From: Octopus bimaculoides
Taxonomy: Eukaryota
DNA length: 64,000 nucleotides
NCBI RefSeq assembly: GCF_001194135.2
Contig: NC_068981.1
Location: 142,223,246 to 142,287,245 of the forward strand
Direction of reading: 5' to 3'
Made by a program: the position numbers and the translations under genes
The notes under the pieces: model-generated
Told to the model about the DNA's origin: nothing
What the model saw: only the letters and a program-made list of their open reading frames with translations
The model's database searches: none
In this document: positions 39,801 to 51,325 of the stretch, piece by piece
How positions within the stretch are numbered: position 1 is the stretch's first letter
Layout: each line of letters begins with the position of its first letter

Positions 39801-41107
39801 ATAGATCCCATATTTCCAATATACAAAATGGCACATTTATGACTTTAATAAATCTGAAACAGTTATACATGCACGATAACGATTTGACTATTTTAACAAA
39901 AGAAACTTTCCAAGGATTAGAAAACCTTGAAGTCATCACGCTGAATTCAAATTCAATTAGTTATATTGCACCAGGAATGTTTGCTCCTATGCCCAAATTA
40001 AAAATTGTCGATGTCAGCAGCAATCGATTGCACATATTGGACAACAGTTTCTTGAGCCTAAAGTATTTAGAAAGTATTGCAATCCACAACAATCCATGGA
40101 TTTGCAAGTGTCCATTCGTCATGGGACTGCAGGAGTTGTACATTAATAAGCCTGATTTGGTGGTTCTCTCAGAATCTGTAATATGCGATCATGAAGATGT
40201 CATCAATAGCAGTATGTCTTTCTACACAGCTTACCCTCTTTTTGAGTTCGATGTACAGTTACACTGCCTGAATATCACTCCAGTCACCAATTTATCATCC
40301 CACGTGAATACGCAAATCGACTCAAAAGTTATATGTGCTTTAGCCATTTTTTCAGCCGTCTTTTTGACTTTGATAATTGCTGTTATCAGCATCGCATGTT
40401 ATCGTGAAGAGCTGAAGGTGTGGCTGTTCACGCAGTATGGATGGCGTATTGGAGATCCGTGGGCAAAGCTAGATGATTCTAACCGACGATATGATGTCTT
40501 CGTAGCTTACACAAGCAAGAACGCAATGTTCGTGGAACACGAGCTTACACCGCGTCTAGAGAGAAGGGAACCACCTTACCAGGTATGTCTGACCTACAGG
40601 GATTATGATGTGGATATTTCCTATGCTCAAAACACAATCAATTGTATACAAAATAGCAAGCGAACCATTATGCTAGTGTCTAACGACTTCTTCCAAACGG
40701 AATGGTTCCGTTATGATTTTCAAATTAACAATCATGATATACTGAAAACGCTTTCTGAAAGACTCATAGTCATTTTAATGGAAAAAGTCGATAGGAAAAA
40801 ACTTGAATGCGACCTTATGTTTTATGCGAAGACGAAAAAATTCCTAAAATATCAAGACACACATTTCTGGGACAAACTTTATTATATGCTACCAAAAGTT
40901 CGAGGACTGCCATTATTACCACAGACCCCAGAATCTGCGGTTTCCTCTGGAGAGCTACGCGATCAGTGTTGCAATAATATTGCTTTCTCGAAGACTTCGT
41001 TGGAAAGTGGGTACGAAGAAATTAACTTCGTACGGAAAAATGTTTTTCCCCGTTCAGATCATCAGACTGTATATTTAGCACCTGTTTGCCAAAGAAATTG
41101 TAAATAA
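36806..41107 (+). CDS. Toll-like receptor, multiple-cysteine-cluster (protostome/Toll-type), single coding exon; the start could be 36806 (1433 aa) or the downstream Met at 37544
   Basis: Signal-like MIVLFLLLFSHSAQP (from 37544); LRRNT CPKQCEC (37613); about 22 LxxLxLxxNxL repeats; LRRCT NPFKCDC (39356); second LRRNT CAPDCICC..CPEQCSC; about 5-6 more LRRs; LRRCT NPWICKC; TM VICALAIFSAVFLTLIIAVISIACY (about 40328-40400); juxtamembrane REELKVWLFTQYGWR; TIR from YDVFVAY to FWDKLYYMLP. No stops or frameshifts. Confidence 0.96.
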   Translation: MSSVKSSSQRACVTMTSNSVSQISRCHSLRHLAVVAAATATKHLEPKLNSHSTLNSAREEAMTPTKAKLTPISLSQFSTFLFIPPLLPFSSPFKPPPPATPTQPLPLSSSSSSSSSSSSSSSSSSSSSSSSSSSSSSSSSSSSSSSSSHPPSPTLHCTSSSCSLSPSSNSVVGTTTFFSCPCSLPHYLPPPPSSPTTSRLSCSESLPPSLIKPLLPQPSPPPQSPISASSSLTSLSSSPASVPFHWMIVLFLLLFSHSAQPWVTQPEFQCPKQCECHNLRTSQLSTSIAARCRINETMSRYNFSVFSAPYITVLVIQCQGKPLKPVNKMLRNLPFLEELVFKDCHFKSIPEYTLLGLNNLRNFSIFGADQLTLTSNIFHKAVKLKNLEIIHSGLKTIPVDMLCNSVDVELLTLSQNELTHFSELKKLCQTNTTILDQITRLDLSYNLLQTIPADFSKLFSDMQMVNFVGNQIDNIEAGSVSDLYYLTVMDLSKNRIQSFPGDFLENSIGIQQLGISHNPIKTIFPYFKDLQDLEVFEAEHTYLDNSFFREIPKGSALTNLNLAHCYMSKINKSLMSNLKNLRRLNLNSNSIFSLPSNVFSSNDKLDVLILSNNNIEELLDNSLQGLRALRELDISYNNISVINEDAFHDLLVIEKLDLSFNQLYDIPNAITPLDKIQELYLEGNFISKINKNSFKGLDSINRIVLSKNRIVFLDASSFTRCFNLHILDLSENNISYIHEDAFEGLQLVGVSLANNKIRNIGTALWKQHNLSQVHLQGNLLEAIMSSNFPENVKFLNVSHNRIWNVHPFTFSNKDTLVEVDLRHNNISFLANDAISVSHRVRSIPDVYLMGNPFKCDCNIVWLKKLANVRPRKKDGLPYIPDLNELECHADNESSVPTGRMYEVKESDFLCKYLKECAPDCICCTFGMCDCNSICPEQCSCYRSYDRKANIINCMNSGLSDSRMLPSNATKIYLSGNRLISLSKHSFLRQRDLLTVLYLNRSHISNIQNGTFMTLINLKQLYMHDNDLTILTKETFQGLENLEVITLNSNSISYIAPGMFAPMPKLKIVDVSSNRLHILDNSFLSLKYLESIAIHNNPWICKCPFVMGLQELYINKPDLVVLSESVICDHEDVINSSMSFYTAYPLFEFDVQLHCLNITPVTNLSSHVNTQIDSKVICALAIFSAVFLTLIIAVISIACYREELKVWLFTQYGWRIGDPWAKLDDSNRRYDVFVAYTSKNAMFVEHELTPRLERREPPYQVCLTYRDYDVDISYAQNTINCIQNSKRTIMLVSNDFFQTEWFRYDFQINNHDILKTLSERLIVILMEKVDRKKLECDLMFYAKTKKFLKYQDTHFWDKLYYMLPKVRGLPLLPQTPESAVSSGELRDQCCNNIAFSKTSLESGYEEINFVRKNVFPRSDHQTVYLAPVCQRNCK
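37127..37249 (+). repeat. (TCT)n microsatellite inside the TLR ORF, read as about 41 Ser
   Basis: Direct reading: 40 TCT codons plus TCG, in frame with the ATG at 36806. Confidence 0.97.
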
Positions 41108-41150
41108 TCCCCTCCCATTTTCTTTGTGAATGTGTTAACTTTTGTTGTTC

Positions 41151-41153
<3 letters not shown>

Positions 41154-41233
<80 letters not shown>
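41154..41233 (+). repeat. (TTA)n microsatellite just after the TLR stop codon
   Basis: Perfect tta run of about 26 units, followed shortly by an assembly gap (41285-41795). Confidence 0.95.
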
Positions 41234-41234
<1 letters not shown>

Positions 41235-41968
41235 CTACTACTATTATTATTACCATTATTTTCCCATTATTTTTTTATTTTTAANNNNNNNNNNNNNNNN
41301 NNNNNNNNNNNNNNNNNNNNNNNNNNNNNNNNNNNNNNNNNNNNNNNNNNNNNNNNNNNNNNNNNNNNNNNNNNNNNNNNNNNNNNNNNNNNNNNNNNNN
41401 NNNNNNNNNNNNNNNNNNNNNNNNNNNNNNNNNNNNNNNNNNNNNNNNNNNNNNNNNNNNNNNNNNNNNNNNNNNNNNNNNNNNNNNNNNNNNNNNNNNN
41501 NNNNNNNNNNNNNNNNNNNNNNNNNNNNNNNNNNNNNNNNNNNNNNNNNNNNNNNNNNNNNNNNNNNNNNNNNNNNNNNNNNNNNNNNNNNNNNNNNNNN
41601 NNNNNNNNNNNNNNNNNNNNNNNNNNNNNNNNNNNNNNNNNNNNNNNNNNNNNNNNNNNNNNNNNNNNNNNNNNNNNNNNNNNNNNNNNNNNNNNNNNNN
41701 NNNNNNNNNNNNNNNNNNNNNNNNNNNNNNNNNNNNNNNNNNNNNNNNNNNNNNNNNNNNNNNNNNNNNNNNNNNNNNNNNNNNNNNNNNNNNNNTATAT
41801 TTATATGTTAAAATCATTTTTATAAATCAAAGATGAAACTAACTGCACCTGAGAACAAACATTCTGATTGTTAATACTAATCTCCTTCAAGTTATCTAGC
41901 TAGATACCTGTTTCTTTCTCTCCTTCTATCGTTCTCTCACTCTCTTTGTCTCTTTCTTTTTCGCTCTA

Positions 41969-42003
<35 letters not shown>

Positions 42004-42079
42004 CATACACATTCACATACACACACATACATATAGATAGATATATACGTATATATATATATATATCTTTATGTATGCA

Positions 42080-42243
42080 CTCTATGTGGGCTGTGTGTTT
42101 TCTGTACTCTGGTTATTATTATTTTTTTGTCTACGTTTTGTTTGCAACGTCTTGTACCCATATATGCATATATATATATACAGGTAGATGTAGGTATGTA
42201 CATACTTGTACGTATATATGCATATACTCATTTAATATTTGTT
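42080..42243. repeat. Diverged solo arm of the same foldback family
   Basis: gtctacgttttgtttgcaa..gtaccca..atatgca..acagg..gatgt.ggtatg.acatac.tgtacgtatatatgcatatactcattta matches 33467-33599, with a short insertion. Confidence 0.85.
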
Positions 42244-42276
42244 ATATACATATATGTGTGTGTGTGTGTGTGTGTA

Positions 42277-42351
<75 letters not shown>

Positions 42352-43104
42352 ACTTATTCCATCACTGGTTTTAATCTATTTGTTAACATTACTCTGAATA
42401 GCTTTCATCGCAACCATCACCAATAAGATAAATATTTTTACCTGTTCTGTCTTAATTACTACCATCATTATTATCATCCACATTACTTCCAACTTTATGA
42501 TTTGTTTACCTTCATAAGATCTCAGATTCAATGATTAGATTTCTCATGAACACATGCACATACACAGTTGTCGTCATCATCATCATCATCATCATAATCA
42601 TCATCGTCATCATACGTAAGAACCCTTGTATAACAATCATTTGTTCTTGTTGGATTCGTTGCTCTCATTTACTCTGTTGTTTCTTTGCCTTTGTTTTAAC
42701 CTTGTTATATGTTTAAAAACGTTAAAAAAAGTTTTCTAATCTTGTTATCTATTACGGACTTATTAACTAGACATACCCTCATAAGATACAAAAAAAAAAA
42801 CACTGAACAAGCTCAAAGTTTGGAGACATTTTGATTATTAAAATTGATTTTACACTGAATATTTTCTATAATTATTATTTTTTGCGGCTTAATGAGATCT
42901 TTTTTCATAGAAGGTATTTTGTATTTCATAGTAAAGTTCAAACCGTATTACTCCATAGTAAAGTCAAACAAAAATTATATATAGTGTAGAGATCCTAAAC
43001 ACTATTCTGTTATTACTAAGCCGATTTGACGAGGAAGTTAAACCGGCTTTTATGGAAATTGCAAATCGGTTTCCAAAAATATTCTCATAGTCCTGTTGTA
43101 ATTA

Positions 43105-43265
43105 TTGCTTTCTAATATTGGCATGAAGCCACAGCTTTCGGAGAAATGTATGGCTCTATAGTTGATTAAATCGAAACCTGCACTTCACAAGTACTTATTT
43201 TTGCTGACCCTGTAGGAATGATGAAGTAATATCGACTTTTGTGGTATTTGAATTCAGAACGTAAA
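43105..43265 (-). mobile_element. Old SINE family A-like remnant
   Basis: gtacttatttt..gaccc..atttgaattcagaacgtaaa. Confidence 0.45.
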
Positions 43266-43994
43266 AGGAGGGGGTGGGGGTGTAACTAAATAACAAAAGA
43301 ACTTTAATCATACGCATGATTTTTTCTATGAATCACCAAAATTTCCTCGTTGTAATTGAAATATTTTATTTAAAAGACATTGATCATTTGATTGGAGCGT
43401 TGGATATCATTTATATCAATACGTCCAACCAGATATTGCCCATGTATGTTGTAGTATAGTTGAATTTGCCGGTGAGAAATTGATAAAAATGTAATGTAAA
43501 GTAGCCCTAATATTCCTATTATTGATTCTAACTCTCCACACTAATACATGTTAGCCTCTGCAGTAAGAGCCACACATATTTGTTTTAAATAGGTTCGATA
43601 TCCTATAGCTGGGAATCGCATCGCGCAAGATGATGTGTTGTTGATCGAGATATGCCACCGACGAATTTGCCATACATTTAGCCCTGCAATAATGAAAAAT
43701 ACAATTAACCTAAACAAACTAACAAAATTGACATTTGTAGAATTAAATATAAATATGTGTTCTACGATGTTTAAAGGTTTAAAGAAACAATAAATAAAAG
43801 TGAGATAATGCTGTAAATTGTTTAATAACTGATTGAATCTTTCTGAACAATATCCAGTAACATCAGTGATATACAATAATTCTTTTTCCTGGTGAAATAC
43901 TGGTGACGTTTGTCTATTTTTTGTTATGAGTGACGTAACTAAACACAACAAATTGTTTTGTCCGATGCACTATTTATTCTGCAGATATACGTAT

Positions 43995-44357
43995 AGGCGT
44001 AGGAATGGCTGTCTGGTAAGTAGCTTGCTTACGAACCACATGGTTCCGGGTTCAGTCCCACTGAGTGGCACATTGGAAAGTGTTTTCTACTATAGCCTCG
44101 GGCCGACCAAAACCTTGTGAGTGGATTTTGGTACACGGAAACTGAANNNNNNNNNNGTGTGTGTGTCTGTGTTTGTCCCCAGCCCCAACATCGCTTGACA
44201 ACCGATGCTAGTGTGTTTACGTCCCATAACTTAACGTTTCGGCAAAAGAGACCAATAGAATAAGTACTAGGCTTACAAAAAATAAGTCCTGGGGTCGACT
44301 TGCACCAATAAAGGCGGTGCTCCAGCATGGCCACTGTCAAAAGAGTAAAAGAGAGAG
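43995..44357 (+). mobile_element. SINE family B
   Basis: Same head and 3' part as 32607-33005; a 10-N gap sits at the internal microsatellite. Confidence 0.9.
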
Positions 44358-44359
44358 AA

Positions 44360-44563
44360 TAATTCTTTCTACATTGTCTGAAATTGTAGGGTAGGGGGCT
44401 AGTCGATTACATGGACCTCAGTATATGACCGCTATTTATTTCATAGATGAAAGGATGAAGGGCAAGTCGACCTCATCGGCGTTCAAACTCACAACGTCTC
44501 GACGGTCAAAATATTAGCATCATTTTGCCAAGCGTGTTATCGATTTTCCCAGGTTATTGCCTT
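44360..44563 (-). mobile_element. SINE family A, degraded
   Basis: tagtcgattacat..gaaaggatgaagggcaagtcgacctc; abuts the family B copy. Confidence 0.7.
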
Positions 44564-47500
44564 AGGTTCACATATTATAATAACTTCAATGAACACGAAT
44601 AAACTATTAGAGATTTAGAATAATTTTGATATACAAAACAGTTTTATCTCTTTTCGTCCTGATCACTGATGAAATATATTTCAACCAAGAACGTTACTTC
44701 TCTTATTCCGGACAAAGTAGTTTTCAGCTACGATATTTAAATATGCACTTCCATTTTTAAGACGTCACAATGTCATTTGAGGGAGAGTTGACAGCTATTT
44801 CAAGTAGCACGATCAATGACCGCACATTGTTTCTTGTTTGCTTTTTGACAGTACAGTTGTTTTCGAGAGAGCGAAACAGTACATCGACATGCTTTATTTA
44901 AACCAGTTAAGAAAGCCTAATATTAAGCCGTTGTTTAATTAACTCTACAAAATTTGAAGGCATCTACCATTTTTTTTCTCAGAAATTTGATAAACTGTGT
45001 GAACATCTTTTCCTCCCACCATCACATACATACGCTCATGCTTTCTTACACAAATGAATTCAGTTATGTTTCTTTGATAAGTTTAATTTCAAGTATCGGT
45101 CATTTATAAATATTTACCAAGCGGTGATGACGTATTGTGTCTGCTTCTGAGATAGGTATGATATATAATTCTGTCTCAAAATGGTGCACTTCATATTTAC
45201 CTACTTATAGATTAATCTTCTTAAACCCTCATCTGCTTCAACGATACTCGACCCACCGTCAAACATACGTGCTAATTAAAGAAATAATTGTTTGGCCAAA
45301 TGAATATAGGCCAATGACATGACGAAGCATCGGATTTGATGACCGTACACTGCCGCGAAGCTATGTGAAATCTGAACCAGGTATGATTCTCAATTTTCTG
45401 AACTATAGTAATGAAACAAAAAAAAAAGAAAAAATAAACTCCCCGGTAAGAAATGAATACAGCGACATAGCAGAAAACCTAGTCATATCTTGACTAACAA
45501 CGAACCTCGGCCGTGTAAACTTTTCATTGTATTGTGCAATGCCATATACACGAAGTGTTGAAGCATTTCGGTAATAGTTTGTACAAACATACATACACTC
45601 GTACACTCACACGCGCGTAAACATATGTATTTATAGCATAGAGGCTTACGAGTAAAGCCTCATTACAAAAGAAATAGTAATATTTATTTTTTACGACGAA
45701 TAAAAAAAATAATGATCGTAAAAAAGGAATAATTACAAGTAAATTACTGGTACTTATTTTATAGTCGGTACAATAATAAAAGACAGAACCAGATGCAAGC
45801 GCTTTATTGGAAGGTGCACTGAAAGGTCTATAATATGCTTCATATCAATATTGCTGTTTCTTTTCGACGTAGTTTTGTTTGGTAGAAATTGTTCTTTCGA
45901 CATGTTACATTGGCATCGACAGACCATAGACATCATTGAAATTAATGTTGGGCACATTTGAATAACGTAGCTGTTGAATAATTGCAAATTCATGGTTGCA
46001 AGAAAACATGGATTGGATTGCGAGGGAATACCCGCGTGTTAACGCTTTCAGCCCAGTTTGTATAACAAGAAAAACTTAGGCGACACCTATCGAACTGGTA
46101 AATCGTTTCGTCCAAATTCGTAGGGTAACTTGTCTTTTATGCATGTGTAGCTGCAGCAGTCAACCACATGTAGGAACATCATCCCATTTTCGGGCTGATC
46201 TGAACTTTATAAAGTGTTATTAGTTACTGAAACCTGAATTATGTTGTGGTCTTCAGTCGTACGATATAGTGCGGTATTGAAGATGTGCTTCGCTGGGAGA
46301 AATCCTCAGGGTCCTATTACGCAGTACACTCTCTGACCAATTCATTCGACTTATTTTAACTTTAGCAGTCATACAATAAAAGACAATGTACTGAATGAAC
46401 AATGAAGAGTATAATACAACTACAACAGCATATACTGCACCGTTACATCCCAACAAAATAAAACATACACTAATTTCATAATCGATATTCGATAACATAA
46501 CATTTACTGATATCCCCAGAACCTCGAAGTCTACACAACTGCCTCCCAGTTACGTAATATAAACTGCACAACATATACAGCATATACTCTACACTGTAGT
46601 ACGGAGTACAACTCTTACCATACTGTACGAAACACGATCGCCTTTCAAACGCTAGGGAGATGAAACATAGCAATTATAGTTAAGAGAATAAGAAAATGTG
46701 AACTTAATGGCTATCGTTAACGTAGTGAAAAGTGATAGAAACAGTAGTGTCATCAGGATAAAACAACTATTCTAAGCATCAGATACGTACAGGAAAATTG
46801 TGACTAGCTCGGACCATCTCATATAGAAGAACCAACTAAAAATCAAGCATTGTCTGCAGACAATGATAGAGAGAAAAATTTGCAGATTTTAATGGTAACT
46901 TCAACGAAAAATTCTGAGTGAAAGAGAAGGAGAGAAGGGAGAGAAAAAACATTAAGAAAGTAAAGTATCCAAAAATCAAAGTGTTGCTTTATTGAGTTAT
47001 TCGCTCAATTGCAGAAATCTATCCTTATAATCAGGAAATGGTGACACTTCATAGAATAGAATATACTGTGTGACTCTAAACTAAACCAATTTCAACCAGA
47101 AGTAGGTAAAAATGTTAGGAATCATTTGCAACAGCAAAGGCAGTAGAAAAATTTAGGGCAGTATTATGAGCAGTACCTGAGTCACTCCATCCAGAAGTCA
47201 ACGATGTAAATAGCATGTGAAACGCACAAGGAATTATGAATAACACCGCAAGCTGTTCATAAACTAAACAAAAGAGGCTCCGCCAGGAGATGACTATCTT
47301 CAAAACTACTGATAACAATACATAGGTGGAGGTGCACACAGCATAGTTAAATATATTCAACTACCTAGTGAAACAGCAAATCACAACAGCTGGAAAACCA
47401 AATTCATCCACAAAGCTTAGAAAGCTTTCAACTCACACACAAGATGAAACAAGGATTTAACATCAAGATTATAGCAGAAGATAAAAGTTCAGCTTGGAAA

Positions 47501-47779
47501 CATTTTCATCAGAACAGAAGGTACGCTGCCAGAATGTTATGGCAATAAATAGCATTTACTGATCAACAATGCTCTAAATAGTAACTGTAGAGGTAAATAG
47601 AAAAGTTTGAGCATGACAGATTAATGATCAAAATGTCTGCCTCCGATAGCGTTTGCCACGTATAGATTCTCTAAGCAATAGCCTTCAGTAACAAATTCGT
47701 TATAAAAAGCACACAAAACAAGACATGAATAACGGCATAATAGTTTTCAGGCAGAAACAAAAGAGGGGGTATTAGAAAC

Positions 47780-49150
47780 AAAACCATCATTAGACGAAGA
47801 AAAATCTGATGTTAGCACCATTTAGTGTCAAATGAGATCACGTACGAATACAAACGGTATGGAATAATATATTGCCATCTTTCCAAGGGTAGATTTTAAG
47901 TTGTACATTGCTGACAATAAACATATGGAAACCATGTTACATACAAAGGTTGAGTTAAACAGAGAACTAAAATCAGAAGCACTGAGAATAAACAGCGCAT
48001 GTGTGTTGTAGTGGCTAGTGTTAATGGTCTTACTTTGGACTCAGATTACTAACAGTTTGTGTGTAGCAGCAGCAACGCCATTCTATAAATGTGAACAATC
48101 TTTTAATGCTGTTATTCCTCGAGCTTTGCAAGGAGGGCTCACCTGATCACTGGATATGCAATTCCTAAATCTAAAGAAGACTCGTCTTCCTTGCAGGGCA
48201 GTTGTGGTGTTACATAAAAGGAGTAACCATGAAAAACATCAGAGATGATGAGAGGTAAAATTTGTAGCGATATTGAGGATTTTAACTGCGTTATGCATAA
48301 CTAGAAAATGTGAGGTCACATCTCCCTTCACACATGTACTAATTTAGAGTTTGTGCTGATGACAGAAGCGGTTTTCATATTCTCACTGAAGGCTGTTATC
48401 ACCTTTTCTGTTCAGAAATTCGGTGAGGTGTTTATGTTATGGCAGCATGAGGACTGCGAGCATAATTTTAAGATTCAATACAATGTAGGCAACATACTTC
48501 GAAGGCACGTTCTGAGAGGGACCCATCGGTGCTAAATTTGCTTAGAGTCAATCCTGAGAAAATTGGTCATGCTCAATGGTCTAAGGTGAGGGAGTACAGC
48601 AAAATGCCAAAAGAAAGAAAGTTTTCGTTACATCAAGCTCCACAGAATTTATACAGTTTGTGACGGACAAAAGAGACGGGGACTGAGAGAGAGACGGAGC
48701 TGCCCAGCCCAAGCACTGTTTCTCTCATTCTGAAACACTGGAGTAAATTCTATGGGTTGACTGTTTACGTGGTTAAAGTGGTTGCCATTTAAGGATAGTT
48801 TTTAGGAGAGATGGAGAAAGCTATAAAGATTTTGAAAATGTTAGCGAAAAACAGAATTTCAGAGGAAGAGAAGGGACATTTTCGAGATCATTTTATTTCG
48901 TTTGATTGATAGGAGGAGTTATCGTTCTGGGAGAGTCTGTGTACAATGATTAAACCGTGAGATTATATAATGAAATTTACTGATGCGGATATGCAGACTG
49001 TGTTCATATTAGTTACAAATGGAACAGAAATTAAGAAAGAAAACTTAGAATGAGCCGGACCTGGTTCAAAGTTGATCAATGGAAGGATTCTGCAAATTTG
49101 GTCAATACTTCCTTCCGAGAAATAGAAGAAGTTAATACAGTTTGAGAGCT
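47780..49150 (+). mobile_element. Very old LINE debris (RTE-like RT and endonuclease traces)
   Basis: Weak traces only (CADD-like at about 48353, VNTSFRE at about 49100); many stops. Confidence 0.3.
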
Positions 49151-49691
49151 TGAAGCACGAATGAATACTCCTTTTGTCTAACAATAGCAAAGAAACAACT
49201 AAGTTTGAGTGATGTGAGGGAGAATAAAAAAAAAAAACAATTCTCATTGTAGGTATTGGTTGCTTTTTAGCAAAGATGTGTAGCTAATGTACCTTGATGT
49301 ATTACAAATAAAGTGCAGTACGGGTTTATCTGCAACTACATGATTCTGTTAAAATACATAATACTGTAAAGCTGAAAGCATATTTTAAATAATGACATAG
49401 TAGATATGAATTGGGGAAGAAATATAAAAACGCGTCACACTCCTCTCCTCAAGAATTCAAAAGAATGATGCACGTAAGTTGAAAATGGAGACACATGAAT
49501 AAAAATTATGAACATTTTAGAAACAAGCTTCAAAATATGATTACAAAATGCTATGGTAGGATGTTCACAAGATGATGCCTATGTGACGAATAATCGACAA
49601 ATTTGTATCAAGCGATAACAGGCTAAATCTGGCTTATGAACCATAAGCGAGTTAAGATCAAAGGAATTCAGATTGCGGCACCAGGGTGCAG

Positions 49692-49751
<60 letters not shown>

Positions 49752-50719
49752 NNNNNNNNNNNNNNNNNNNNNNNNNNNNNNNNNNNNNNNNNNNNNNNNN
49801 NNNNNNNNNNNNNNNNNNNNNNNNNNNNNNNNNNNNNNNNNNNNNNNNNNNNNNNNNNNNNNNNNNNNNNNNNNNNNNNNNNNNNNNNNNNNNNNNNNNN
49901 NNNNNNNNNNNNNNNNNNNNNNNNNNNNNNNNNNNNNNNNNNNNNNNNNNNNNNNNNNNNNNNNNNNNNNNNNNNNNNNNNNNNNNNNNNNNNNNNNNNN
50001 NNNNNNNNNNNNNNNNNNNNNNNNNNNNNNNNNNNNNNNNNNNNNNNNNNNNNNNNNNNNNNNNNNNNNNNNNNNNNNNNNNNNNNNNNNNNNNNNNNNN
50101 NNNNNNNNNNNNNNNNNNNNNNNNNNNNNNNNNNNNNNNNNNNNNNNNNNNNNNNNNNNNNNNNNNNNNNNNNNNNNNNNNNNNNNNNNNNNNNNNNNNN
50201 NNNNNNNNNNNNNNNNNNNNNNNNNNNNNNNNNNNNNNNNNNNNNNNNNNNNNNNNNNNNNNNNNTATATATATATATATATATATATATATCTGTGTGT
50301 GTGTGTGTGTGTCTGTGTTCTTGCGCGCCTACGCGTGCACCGTGTGTGTGAGAGAGAGAGAGAGAGGGGGAGAGGGGGGAGGCAGTATTTGTTTCCTTGC
50401 GAGCGCGTGTGCGAAAGTATATTTTGTTGGGATTTCCAAAACTCAAGCTGGTTACCAGGAAAATGGCAAATCGCTTTTCATTTAAAACATCTATTGGTTG
50501 CTGTAGCTCTCAGAACCTTTTTTTTACATATGCATATGTGCATACGTGTCCATTATATGTACACGCGTACGTGTGTGAGAGCGTTTCTATATTTCATTGA
50601 TGTTTGTGTATACAATCACACATATTCCATATATATATGTTACTGTGTCAATATGTTTGAACGGAAAATTCAAATGGAGAAGCCCTGAATGGTTTTACAA
50701 GGTTTTACTGTTCTTCAAT

Positions 50720-51050
50720 TCCATTGTACGTAAAGAAAGTAAAGCAGTCTTCTCTCACTTTATATTTTTGTTCAACGTTGCTAGAATTATCTCCCTTGTA
50801 TCATATGTAGCCAGGCGTCAGTATATTCTGTTTGAATTCACCAGTCACGGTATTTTGTTAGACTTGATGTCCAAGTCACGATTTTTGAAAGTCTCCATGT
50901 TAATATCCCAAATTCTGACACTAGCACTGGTACGACGAAAGCATTGTCAGATATAGTTTTATTGAATGTAGTCAGTTCGGAATTCCATATGTTCCGAATT
51001 CTGTTGAGGTATGCATTTGTCTATCTAGCTTTACCCAGAATACCAGCATG
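50720..51050 (-). mobile_element. Degraded R4/Dong-like LINE fragment (region after the RT core)
   Basis: RIRNIWNSELTTFNKTISDNAFVVPVLVSEFGILTW resembles RxRxIWxSELxAxNKxxAxNxFAVPVLxxxFGILxW. Confidence 0.6.
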
Positions 51051-51111
51051 TGTAATATTCTTGTCGTTTGTGAGTTATTTGTAACGATAATTACAGGTGA
51101 TGATGTAATAA

Positions 51112-51325
51112 GGCGGTGAGCTGGCTGAAACGTTAGCACGCTGGGCGAAATGCTTAGCGGTATTTCATCTGGTTTTATGTGCTGGCTTCAAATTCTGCCG
51201 AGGTCGACTTTGCCTTCCATAGTTTCGCGGTTGATAAATTAAGTACCAGTTGCATACTGTGGTTGATCTAATCGACATGCCCCCTCCCCCAAAATTTCGG
51301 ACCTTGTGCCTAGAGTAGAAAAGAA
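51112..51325 (+). mobile_element. SINE family A, full length
   Basis: Head ggcggtgagctggctgaaacgttagc; probable TSD acaggtgatg at 51093 and 51327. Confidence 0.88.

Noticed and set aside
36855-40143. Short antisense and alternative-frame ORFs inside the TLR
   Set aside because: Expected shadows of a long CDS.
41154-41233. (TTA)n as an AU-rich mRNA decay element
   Set aside because: Lacks AUUUA pentamers; the same repeat is common genome-wide.
45978-46079. Protein-like stretch IIANSWLQENMDWIAREYPRVNAF
   Set aside because: Only 33 codons between stops, no clear splice sites, no family recognised with confidence.
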